Positions 1-11,004 of a DNA stretch of 60,290 nt are shown piece after piece. The notes beneath the pieces were generated by a model. It was given only the letters and a program-made list of their open reading frames with translations. It was not told where the DNA came from and ran no database searches. A program made the position numbers and the translations under genes. This stretch comes from Octopus bimaculoides (taxonomy: Eukaryota): positions 108,786,198 through 108,846,487 of the forward strand of contig NC_068981.1 in NCBI RefSeq assembly GCF_001194135.2, read 5' to 3'. Positions within the stretch are counted from its first letter, which is position 1. Each line of letters starts with the position of its first letter.

Positions 1-955
1 GTGACGGCCGACAGGGGAATACATATATATCACCTCTTTCTTCTTCTACCTTCTCCTCTCCCTCCTCCTTCGCTACACTTCGATTCCCCGTCTACCACCT
101 CGGTAACCCACTCCACTCTCCTCACAGCCCCGAACTCAACACCAAACTAGCTAGACTCAAGCAATCCAGACTTAACATACTACATAAACGACCTTCCCCA
201 TCACGCAGCCTTACTAAATCCCAATTCCTGACCTTGCGAAACTTAATAAACAAAAACCTCATCTACCTACCTTCAGACAAAGGGAAAGAATTCTGCATTA
301 TAGACAAACCCTCCTACAACAAACTAGCTATCGAACACCTCAGTGACACCACACTATACGAAAAGGTTTACAACTTTACACCTCACCAACTGGAGTCCAT
401 CATCAACGCCAGCTGGACCAACACCTGTCACCAAAGGAATCTCTCTAAGAAGACTAGGCTGAACTACACAACTAAAAACACCACCCTTCCATCCTTCTAT
501 CATTTAATAAAAACCCACAAACCCGAAACTAAGCTTAAAATCAGACCCATAATATCAGGAATTAACGGTCCTTTTTATAAGATTTCTTGGCTCTTATCTA
601 AACTCCTCAAGCCCTTACTACACGCATACCCCGGGCACGTCAACAGCTCCCACTAAATCTTCTCAAGACTCAAAGATATCGACCCCGCCATACTTAAAAC
701 TAACAAATAACCTTTTAGTTTAGACGTAGTTTCCCTCTACACATTGTACTAACTCTCCCGGCCGTTGATATCCTCATAGACCACATCACGTCCTTTTCTC
801 CCTCACTTCTCCTTGCCTCACTTCCCGCCCTTTCAACCTCCTCCTCCTCCCCATCTCACACCTTCGGACATATGAGTTTCTAACCATTATTGTTGGTAAC
901 ACCTACGTCCAACATAACGGTGTAATTAACAAACAGACTTTGGACAGATATGTGT
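1..955 (+). mobile_element. Penelope-like element, decayed reverse transcriptase fragment
   Basis: ORF 234-656 has PLE RT motifs (LPSDKG, YHLIKTHK, IRPIISG). It continues past stops to SLDVVSLYT at ~715-745. Confidence 0.85.
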
Positions 956-975
956 CCTCATCTTGTTTGTTGTTA

Positions 976-1019
976 CCACAACGCTTCGGCTGATTTACTT
1001 TTCAGCCTTCATCAGGTGT
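976..1019 (-). ncRNA. Degenerate minimal hammerhead ribozyme (GAAA core mutated to GAAG)
   Basis: Minus strand reads ACAC-CTGATGA-A-GGCTGA aaagtaaa TCAGCC-GAAG-C-GTT-GTG. Confidence 0.65.
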
Positions 1020-1093
1020 ACTAGTAAAATTTTGAACCAAACCCTGGGTTCTGAAAAAAAAGGTACTTGTTTGCTGATATTATTATTTATTCA

Positions 1094-1166
1094 AGGCACT
1101 ACCTGGAATTGCACTCGCAATCTTGGGGTGAGTAGCTCGCGCTCTTAACCATTACGCTACATGCCC
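1094..1166 (-). ncRNA. tRNA-derived cassette (73 nt, tRNA-Thr-like, degenerate) inside the Penelope 3' repeat
   Basis: Minus strand reads GGGCATGTAGCGTAATGGTTAAGAGCGCGAGCTACTCACCCCAAGATTGCGAGTGCAATTCCAGGTAGTGCCT. Acceptor ends pair at 6 of 7 positions. The A box is recognisable and the B box is decayed. Confidence 0.6.
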
Positions 1167-1322
1167 GTGTGTGTGAATTTTAGGGCTTATAAACCTAATA
1201 TTTTTGTATCCTTAATATCAGTTCCCAAATTCTACTCATATCTGCAATAGGTCTGCTTAGGAGGTTATTGTGTCCTAGCATATGTGGTGCCTTTTTAGTT
1301 TTCGTATTTTCCATACATGATC

Positions 1323-1625
1323 CAAAACTCCACCAAGGTTTATATTGGCGCTACTACTAATTTTAAGTAAGAATCTCTAAGCATTTAAATTCACTTAAAC
1401 ACGAAAGACATAGTAAATCTACTTCTCTAGTAGAACAGAAACTTCCCAAGAAAAAAGAATATACCACATAATATAGCTTGGTTCATCATTGACTCAGGTC
1501 CTCCATACCAAGGCCAAAACATTCCGTTTTGGTTATGTTTAAAGGTTATGTTTAAAGGTATCTATGCAAAACCTGTCTCATAAAAACGCACATTTATTAA
1601 ATGAGCAATGCAATGCCTTCTCTTC
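1323..1625 (+). mobile_element. Penelope-like GIY-YIG endonuclease remnant (lineage C)
   Basis: Frameshifted translation: KVYIGATTNFK / RISKHLNSLKHERHSKSTSL / IAWFII / CKTCL. Confidence 0.65.
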
Positions 1626-1877
1626 GTGTGTTTATACATTTTTCAAAACATTTAAACTTTACCATAAATCTAAATGCAGTAAGGTAACTGACTCGGATTC
1701 TCACTGATACATAGTTTGACATCACATATGTTCTCCTAATTTAATTAGTATATTCACCTTATCATCATATCATTATTTATCTATATATTTTATAGGATTT
1801 TAAGGGAGAACCCTTAATTCATATTTTTACACCTCACCTATCTTATAATTTATCTAATACCTATTTAGTTACAGCGC

Positions 1878-2472
1878 TATTATTATTATTATTATTATTA
1901 TTATTTTATGTTTGACTTTTGTTTTGCATTTGTACAAGTTGGATCCAAGTCTCACCCAGAGACCTCAAGAGACAACAAGTTAGAAGTTCATGTAGGTGTT
2001 ATGCCTAGGGTACCATATATTTGGATTTGTACAGTTTTGTTCAAGTGAATGTTTAAGAAACCATAAGAAAATTATGTGTTTGCTTTAAAATTTGAGATCA
2101 CATAGACAGTATTTTACGTAGGATATNNNNNNNNNNNNNNNNNNNNNNNNNNNNNNNNNNNNNNNNNNNNNNNNNNNNNNNNNNNNNNNNNNNNNNNNNN
2201 NNNNNNNNNNNNNNNNNNNNNNNNNNNNNNNNNNNNNNNNNNNNNNNNNNNNNNNNNNNNNNNNNNNNNNNNNNNNNNNNNNNNNNNNNNNNNNNNNNNN
2301 NNNNNNNNNNNNNNNNNNNNNNNNNNNNNNNNNNNNNNNNNNNNNNNNNNNNNNNNNNNNNNNNNNNNNNNNNNNNNNNNNNNNNNNNNNNNNNNNNNNN
2401 NNNNNNNNNNNNNNNNNNNNNNNNNNNNNNNNNNNNNNNNNNNNNNNNNNNNNNNNNNNNNNNNNNNNNNNN

Positions 2473-2541
<69 letters not shown>
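1878..2541 (-). mobile_element. R4/Dong-type LINE 3' end embedded in (TTA)n, partly in a gap
   Basis: Minus strand next to the gap reads ILRKILSM*, a typical RLE-LINE C-terminus. A 3' UTR ending in (AAT)n follows at 1878-1905. (TTA)n resumes beyond the gap at 2473-2541. Confidence 0.6.
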
Positions 2542-2543
<2 letters not shown>

Positions 2544-2819
2544 CAATATGAAGAGTGCGATGCAATTGCAATAGATAATTTATTGGTTTGAACGATATTT
2601 CGACAGCTTGCCAGTTTTTGGCAAGTTCAAAATGAAAAGTGATACATAGAAATTCAAAATTATAGAATTATAGAAATTCAAATTCAAAAGTTTGAACGAG
2701 GATATCCTGCGTTCCCACTTTGACAGAATTACATCATCAGTCTTCAATTTTCAATTTTACAACTGGCAAAAAGAAAGAAAAAAGAGAAGAAATAAGAAAA
2801 GGAAAAAGAAGACGACTAT

Positions 2820-4020
2820 TTAATTAAACAGTTTGGTGTAAATATGATAAAATTCCCCTGTCATTTTGTTCATTCCTTCAGGGCGTGATGTTAATAACTC
2901 ACAAACATATTTCTCCTCATGCATTTTGAGGACTGAAAGTGAAGCAGATTCAGAATATTTATTGAAAATATGCACTTTCAAATCTTTTTCAAAATTGCAG
3001 CTGTTTGAAGTTAAATGTTCAGCAAGTTCTGTCGAACTACTGTTATCATGCTTGACATCATATCTATGCCCATTGAATCTTTTGTTTAATTGTTCTGTTG
3101 TACAACCGACATAAATCAAGTTGTGTTTGACGCATTCTGCTGCATACACCAAAATGGAAATCTCTACACGTCTCCCTTCCGTATAAATCTTAACATTTCT
3201 GATTTCTGATGGAATTCACTTGACTCATGTTGTTGAACAATGAACAGGGCTTACCTCTCTTGCGGCTGTCTTTCAAGGTACATCGTGCAGAAACTCCAAT
3301 GTTAGTTTTCTTGGAGTCGGAAGTAGAGGTTAATAGTTCTCTTATATTTTTTTCCTTTTAAAGGCTGAGAGAATATTTATTTCAAACGAGGACATTTTTC
3401 CGCAACTGGTAACTTTCATGTAACACTTTTGAAATGCCTGCGAAATTTTGGTACCAGTTAATCACAAAATGAATTCTGTCATATTTTACTTTGTTTGCTA
3501 AAGTTATGCGTGAAAGTTTGAATTACCTTGCTAATCTTAGCTATATCATTTGCTATTTCCTTTAATCGTGATTCACTGTAAACGCGTTTGACATAATGGT
3601 GTCAAAAGCATTTACATGTTTCCAATAATCCCCTATGTCAGTACAAATCCGTTTATTCCAAAATAATTGGAATTTCGGATTTGGCCGAATTTATGATGTG
3701 GATGATCGGAGCAGCGATGGAGGTAAATGTGGAATGACGTGGGCTTGCAAAATAACTCTGCCTCCAGAAAAATGATCTTTTGAGTCCAAAAATTCAACGC
3801 CAGTTTTCGAAAACTAGGCGTAGATTTTATCTTTTTAGCATAGCAGTCACAGAAATGCAAGAAGTTATTTAAACTATCCTGTGAGCCTTCCTAGGTAAAA
3901 AAAGAGGATAAAACGTATTTCTTTTCCCATGGTTATAGATTCTTGGGGCCCTTAAATATTGCCTATAATCCAAATGCCGTTTCGATGGCTACCCCTTCTA
4001 TATCTTTCTAACACTTTAAT
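2820..4020 (-). mobile_element. Penelope-like element (Neptune-like, lineage B): RT C-terminus/thumb, Cys-containing linker and GIY-YIG endonuclease
   Basis: EN ORF reads VYAAECVKHNLIYVGCTTEQLNKRFNGHRYD...PEGMN. Upstream decayed frames give KNIRELL, RC...KPCSL, KPTSFHIYLHRCSDHP and SLNNFLHF. Confidence 0.85.
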
Positions 4021-4066
4021 CCCACTGTTATGTTGTCCAGAGGATCGCATAAGCACACTTAATTAA

Positions 4067-4187
<121 letters not shown>

Positions 4188-4307
4188 GTACGTACATACA
4201 TACGTGTATGTATGTTTTCATACTGCAAATATATTTGGAATATATATATATATATTAATCGGTGAAAGAACCGAAACACTATTCATAAACTTTCGTGTCT
4301 CTTTCGA

Positions 4308-4731
4308 TTTAAATACAAAGATCCGGTAATCTAAATTTGAGGTAACTCAGTGTATCACTATTGTGTGTTGTTTAGGTTGCCCTGAACACCCAGAAGAGTT
4401 GGGGAGAGAACAGTGTTTCTCATGCCCATAGACTGCATTTGAATTGGGATATAGCTTAGTCCTCCAACAACTAGTGACCAAAACTTACATAACAAGAGTT
4501 CAAAATCAAGAAACTCCACAACATAAGATAAGCAACGTGTTAGAATAAAACGTTGCAGGCTGTTAAAAACTCTTTAGCATTCATTAATACATAAAAGAAG
4601 TCAATGTTTCATCTTGATTTCGTTCATTGGAAATTAAGATAATCGAACATAATTAGATTTTGTTTTGTTATTCTTTCCTTCGCTTTTTGTTTATCTAATA
4701 TTTATTTTCAACTTTGATATCGAACATTCAG
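4308..4731 (+). repeat. ~420 bp direct duplication, copy 1 (copy 2 at 5921-6338)
   Basis: Shared blocks: ccggtaatct, ctgaacacccagaagagttg, atagactgcatttgaat, gcttagtcctccaa, ttcaaaatcaagaaa, agaataaaacgttgca, gatttcgttcattggaaattaagataatcga. Confidence 0.9.
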
Positions 4732-5920
4732 ATATAAACGGTCGTGCGCAGACACACAGATAGACGCGCATACGGACGTACATATGTATGTTTCTTAAAA
4801 TGTGTGAAGTAAGTCCTTTGAGCTATTTCTTTAACATTGTGTTAGAGACATTCCCCTGTCCTCTCGCCGCCAAAAATATATTGATGCAGTGACAGGTCTG
4901 TTGGAAAATTGCAACCCACAACGCTATGCTTAAAATATTGAGTTATAAAGAAATAAGGTATATACATTCATTCCCCCTGTTGTTATTTGCCACATCTTCC
5001 TCAGCACCATATATTTCTGAAGATAACTTTCCACAAATATTTCTCTTCTAATTCGTAATACAGGTGAGCTGGAATTTATTTCTAATGTAGTAAGTGCTTG
5101 AAGCTTGGAGGTTTAGAATTCAGCCGCCTATTTCCGAGTGATTAACCTCTTCCCGGCTTCTTTTCTCTTTTTTACTAACCAAGTGGTCTATACTGCGAAA
5201 GCTAGTGAGTATTATAATCCGAACTCTAAGACTGATGGGGGAGAAAGGATACGTTATCTTCAGTTCGGAACACTGGTTTGAGTGCTTTTGACAAATGGAG
5301 TCTACTAAGAACAAAAGACATCCTGAAAAATCAGATTACGTATTCCATTCATGAATAGAAGTAGTCTGAAGGGCTTCCACACAGTTTCCATCTTGTTAAT
5401 TGCATGCACAAGGCTTTAGTTTCCCTGAGACTATGATTTAAATAGGTTTTAGCTTTCTGGAACCCGCAACCATAAGTTTTAGAATGACTCATATACATGC
5501 AGCAATGCATGCTATTGCAGTATATAAAGGAGCATCTGTGTCAAGAAGAAATAGTGAGGGTGTATCCAAGACTACTAACTCATTAGTATAACAATACTCT
5601 GACAATTTGTAACTCAGCGAATTCGATAATCTAACGTGCTACAGAAGCACCACTAAAGAATTCATTATCATACTACACTTGTAACGTTATTGTTATTACT
5701 GTTGTAGCTTCGTGGACGTATCTGCTCACAAAAATATAACGCTAAATATTAAACTCAGCATAAAATGCCACTACTTATACTGGGTATTTGAGAACGAACA
5801 GTTGATGTTGTATCAGTAACTTCAGGCTTTTTGGCTGATTACTTCATTATTGAGATATGCCTGATAAAAACATGGCAGAATTATCCTTCGTGCGTTGGTA
5901 AGTATTCCATATCTATTACA

Positions 5921-6338
5921 ATTAAAACACGGAGAACCGGTAATCTGAATTTGGGGTAACTCAGCGGTTCACTGCGTGATGTTAAGATTGTGCTGAACAC
6001 CCAGAAGAGTTGAGAGAGACTATAGACTGCATTTGAATGGGGATTAGCTTAGTCCTCCAAAAGCTGGTAATCAAAACTTAAATATAAGAATTCAAAATCA
6101 AGAAATTTCATAACATAAAATAAGCAACGTGTCAGAATAAAACGTTGCATGCTGTTGAAAACTCATTAGCATTCATCGATACATAAAAGAAGGCAATGTT
6201 TCATCTAGATTTCGTTCATTGGAAATTAAGATAATCGAGCAGATATTACGTTATTGGATTTTGTTTTATTATCATTCTTCCACGTTTTTTTTCATCTATC
6301 ATAATATCTATTTTCAATTTCGATACCGAACTTTCAGA
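5921..6338 (+). repeat. ~420 bp direct duplication, copy 2
   Basis: Same blocks as 4308-4731, with scattered substitutions and indels. Confidence 0.9.
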
Positions 6339-6770
6339 AACACAAGCTCACGACACGCATGCACCAATGTTTCTCAAAATTAGATATCATACATATCTNN
6401 NNNNNNNNNNNNNNNNNNNNNNNNNNNNNNNNNNNNNNNNNNNNNNNNNNNNNNNNNNNNNNNNNNNNNNNNNNNNNNNNNNNNNNNNNNNNNNNNNNNN
6501 NNNNNNNNNNNNNNNNNNNNNNNNNNNNNNNNNNNNNNNNNNNNNNNNNNNNNNNNNNNNNNNNNNNNNNNNNNNNNNNNNNNNNNNNNNNNNNNNNNNN
6601 NNNNNNNNNNNNNNNNNNNNNNNNNNNNNNNNNNNNNNNNNNNNNNNNNNNNNNNNNNNNNNNNNNNNNNNNNNNNNNNNNNNNNNNNNNNNNNNNNNNN
6701 NNNNNNNNNNNNNNNNNNNNNNNNNNNNNNNNNNNNCACTCATACACACTCATACACACTCATACACACA

Positions 6771-6808
<38 letters not shown>

Positions 6809-7156
6809 TAGGTGTGCCGTGTGTGGTGTAGTGTATGTGTTTACACATACAAACGTATAGAAGAGTTAGTACAGACAGAAAAAGAAAGAGAAGAAATGTA
6901 AGACGAAAAAACAAAAGTAAATGAAGATAGAGAAATGTACACAGAACGAAATATTTGATATGATCTGCGAAATAACGTTATCTTCTATTTATATGACCAT
7001 GACAAAGATTATTTTAAAAATGAGTTGTAAATTTTAGTGCGATATATTTAATTTACTCGAAATAAGAATGTGCCCATGTGTAAATACCAGTAAGCGTGAA
7101 AATATATGCTAGCGTGTGAATAATATACGAGCAGATATACATATATAATTGCACAC

Positions 7157-7228
7157 ATGTATGTATGTATGTATGTATGTATGTATGTATGTATGTATGT
7201 ACGTATGTGTGTGTGTATGTATGTATGC
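7157..7228. repeat. (TATG)n microsatellite at the 3' flank of an R4/Dong LINE
   Basis: Direct reading. Confidence 0.95.
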
Positions 7229-7230
7229 AT

Positions 7231-9043
7231 GTCATTATTCAGTTTATTTCAAGATTTCTTGCCAATAGAGAAAGAACCGGTTTCTAACCCAAATTCAAGC
7301 TCCTTCATTGGAATTTCAACATCAACAACAGGGTATTCTTGCTTCTTTGTATGTATGTTTGTATGTATGTATGTATGTATGTATGTATGTATGTATGTAT
7401 GAATGTATGCATGCATGTATTATGTATGCATGTGCAGATTTATGTTTTATATATGTATTTTTATGCATGTAGTTACATATCTAGACATGCTCATATATAT
7501 TTAAATGATAAACTTCCGGAAAGTTTTACAGATTTTTACAGTTCTAGTGATGGATTGGATCTGTAGTCTTCGAATTAGCTTTCTCCTCTCTGATCCTGAG
7601 AAGCCCAATTTCTCAAGATTGGTATTTAGGCAGTGTGTTACATATCTCAGGGCTCCAATAATTACAGGTATAAACCTGATCTTGTAATCTGGATAGAACA
7701 ACTTCAGATTTCTCAATAGTTCAGCATAGGTGTTCTCTTTTTCACTGATCTTCAGCTTTATGTTAACATCCGCTGGGCAGCTAATTTCCACAACTGTGTA
7801 TAGTTTCTCGTCTCTATCCAAAATCATTATATCAGGTCTGTTGTGCTTACATTTTATTGAGGTCTTCACTAGTAAATTCCACCAGTATTCCTTTTTATTA
7901 TAAGTGGCTATAACTTCTACCATATTATGGGTTCTTATTTCTTTGTCCTCGGGATTATCCTTCCGACGGATTTCATTATAGAGTGTCATAGCTACAACGT
8001 CATGCCTCATCGGTAGATAATATTGTGATGACATTTTCAGACAACTGGTTATGATGTGGGTGATATCTTCAATGCGAACTCCACATAGTCTGCATCGGTT
8101 GTCACATTTTACGACTTTACCTGCATCTCTATCCCCTTTGTTCCTGGATTGCAAACGCATACCCTTCAAAGTGGGAGGTAGTAATCCGGCTATTCGTTCA
8201 TGATAAACTGCTTTGATGATCGATGTTACTATCATCACGGAGCTTTCTAGTAACATAGTCTTCTGCTCATATAGGCTCATCCTTTCATCTGATGATACGT
8301 TGCGGTAGAGTCGTGCGACTTCTTTGGCCATGTATTCTAGGTTATCAAAGAAAGAGTGTTGCCTTCCAAGTTTTATGTTATCAGCCTCATATATGCAACT
8401 TGGTGGTTAAAAGATGTTGCCGAAGGGATAAGATGCGACATTCAAAGGCATTTTGGATCGATGTTAAGCCTCTTCCACCTTGTTTTTGTTTTAGGTAGAG
8501 GCGGTCTACATCACCGTTTGGTCAGGATAAATGTTGTTGTATGCCTGTGAAAAGGGGGGAAAACTATGTGTGTTTGTTAGTATTTTTCAGGTTTTCACAT
8601 CAATGGCTCGGATCTCAGCAAGCGTCCAATCAAGCAGCCCAAATGTTGGTATGAATACTGGCACTGCAAACACATTGTGGGCCACTGTCTTATTGAACGC
8701 AGAGATTCTGAGGTTTAAATTTTCTTTATTTGGTTATAATATTCTTTAGTGACACCTGTTTTGTTACAGGTGCCACTGTAAGATACATTTTCATCCACCC
8801 CTAGATACCTGTAACATTCCTCGTCAGATCCAGGGGAAACAGAAAAATCATTAATGGAGATGTTTCTAGTCTGGTTTATAGTCCCCCCCCCCTTTTCACA
8901 GGCATATAACAACATTTATCCTGACCAAACGCCAATCCTGCATCCTTTGAGAATGTTGTAACTAGGTCAAGGCTCTTTGTCATCTCATGCATATTCTTTG
9001 CATAAAGTTTTAAGTCATCCACAAGGAAACTGTAATTTTGGTG
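7231..9043 (-). mobile_element. R4/Dong-clade non-LTR retrotransposon, 5'-truncated (RT C-terminus, CCHC knuckle, restriction-like endonuclease, 3' UTR)
   Basis: ORF 7501-8331 has CRLC..EDITHIITSC, RHDVV, NRPDIMI, VEISCP and EKENTY. Upstream frames give DDLKLYAK and YRYLGVDEN. Confidence 0.92.
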
Positions 9044-9106
9044 TATGTATGGTATGTATGTATGTATTATTTATGCATGTGTATACATATGTGTGCATGT
9101 ATGTTT

Positions 9107-9272
9107 GCATGGCTGAGTGGAAAGGAGCTTGCTTCTCAACCTCATGGTTCCGGGTTCAGTACCACTGCGTGACACCTTGGTCATGTGGCTTCTACTATAG
9201 CCTCGGGCCGACCAAAGTTTCGTGAGTGGATTTAGTAGACGGAAGCTGAAAGAAGCTTGTCGTATATAAAAA
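9107..9272 (+). mobile_element. tRNA-derived SINE (family 1 head/body)
   Basis: A box tggctgagtgg and B box ggttcagtacc. The body tatagcctcgggccgaccaaag..gtgagtggattt.gtagacggaa.ctgaaagaagc is shared with 14460, 36213, 48660 and 53980. Confidence 0.85.
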
Positions 9273-9429
9273 AAGTTGATGAGGCTTGATCGAAACAAAA
9301 AGTGTTTGACTTCAGTTCTCTCAGTCTACTATACAACCTGTTTCGCTTACTCTACCCCACCAAAAGAGCGCCGTGTAGCAATCTTTACGTCATATTTTTG
9401 ACCAAAGTGTTACCAAAATTGCTGACGTT

Positions 9430-10370
9430 TGTCATCGATGATCTAACCAGTGATACGCAAACATGTGCAATCTCTCTCTCTGTCTCTCTATGATGTATAG
9501 CACCTCATGCGATGCATCATAGAGAGGACGAAAAAGGAAGCCGACATGGGTGAAACCCTGTTCAATTTAGATCAATCAAAATCTTTCGATGGGGTCGATC
9601 AGCAATACTTGGCAACTGTTCTTAGAGCGACCCAGTCTTCCGCATTTTGATAGCCACCATGTACAGCGAATTATTTAGGTGTTTAGGGTGAATGACCACT
9701 TAGCAGAACCACTCAGTATCATGCGCTCCCGTCCGTTAATGTTACTTCCTCCCGTCTCTTCAGTATGTACTGAATGCGGTAGAAACTAGAGACGTTGAGA
9801 GGTATTCTGCATGAATTAGGATGTGGGAGAGCTGTGACAGCTTATGCGGGTGACACTGCCATCGTAGTGTTAGACACCAGACACATCGAAATAATCGACA
9901 CATCTTTACAGGACTTCAGGGCGGTGAGAGGACAAAGAAGAATCAACCAAGAAAAATATCAGTAAGTCTGCTGCTCGGCACCTGGGAAGACAGACCCATG
10001 TCAATAAGAGCGTTTGTGGTGCACTGGACGAACAGAGCAGTTAAATAGCTCGTGATTTGGTTTGGTTCAGACCTCCAAGTGAAAAAGAAGTGCAATGATG
10101 TGGCATGCAGGATGGCCAATCTTAACAACAAATTAGTAGTAGTGGCGAACGCTTACAATGTACCCGTCATATACAACTACCTGGCTGTTGTACTTTGCCC
10201 TAGTTCACGGCTCACCGGACTCAAGCGCCTGCTCTTCAACTTTCTGTGTTAGGTGCTCTATCATTTGTCAACAACCGCTAGGTGGAGGACTGAGCATGCT
10301 GTAGTTGATGATGTGCATATATGCGTTTGGGCTGTGACATCCTCAGAGTTTTCTTGACCGGGGAGCATTG
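9430..10370 (+). mobile_element. Tx1/L1-clade LINE RT remnant
   Basis: Decayed frames: LDQSKSFDGVDQQYLATVL, YAGDTAIVV, VPVIYNYLAVVLCP..LFNFL, CQQPLGGGLSM. These parallel the Tx1 copies at 17.4 kb and 49.4 kb. Confidence 0.8.
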
Positions 10371-10401
10371 CCGGTTCGAGAGAAACTCTATAGGGATCGA
10401 A

Positions 10402-10578
10402 ATGCACAACAGTAGCAACCACACCAATAACGTAAGGAAATGTACACGGAAATAAATTGAAGCAACGGAGGACCCCTTTAAGCGATGAAAAAATAACCAC
10501 AGGTTCTCCTTTAGGCTTCCTGAGAGGCGCAACTTTACGTCTTTGGCCAATTATATATGGCATTTAAAGAAGAGGAAA
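10402..10578 (+). mobile_element. Penelope-like GIY-YIG remnant (lineage C)
   Basis: A single frame with two stops: K*IEATEDPFKR*KNNHRFSFRLPERRNFTSLANYIWHLKK. This matches the YIG.TE..FK.R..NH..SF...T.L..YIW.LK pattern. Confidence 0.6.
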
Positions 10579-10872
10579 TGCCCGGCAGAGGTTTCACTTC
10601 GAAGAATTTCGTTTCAAGTTTTTTTTTTCAAAACACTGGCTGACAATGACTGTATTCTTACCTCCATTAATAAAGGGGTTATGTGCCTCCGGCCAGCAGG
10701 TTTGCTGACTCGCTGATATTGTTAAGGGCATAACAGGCACGAAATTAATGGTAACATTCTGACCGGCCATAACCAACGATTATATTAAAAATGTATGTTT
10801 GTATCTATGTATGCATGTATGTATTTGTGTTCGCGCGTGTTTGTGTGTGTTTGTATATGCATATATGTATGC

Positions 10873-10903
<31 letters not shown>

Positions 10904-10973
10904 TGTATGTATCTANNNNNNNNNNTTGTGTTCGCGCGTGTTTGTGTGTGTTTGTATATGCATATATGTATGC

Positions 10974-11004
<31 letters not shown>

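Larger units (their letters stand above)
956..1322 (-). mobile_element. Penelope family A 3' end (GIY-YIG tail, tRNA-like cassette, degenerate hammerhead)
   Basis: Colinear with 28270-28760. Shared strings include gtctgcttaggaggtt, tcctagcatatgtg, gctcttaacca, cagccttcatcaggtgt and ttccatacatgatc. Confidence 0.85.

Noticed and set aside
2690-2750. Minus-strand CTGATGA followed by a GAACG..AGGATATCCT..CGTTC palindrome
   Set aside because: There is no helix II and no GAAA in register.
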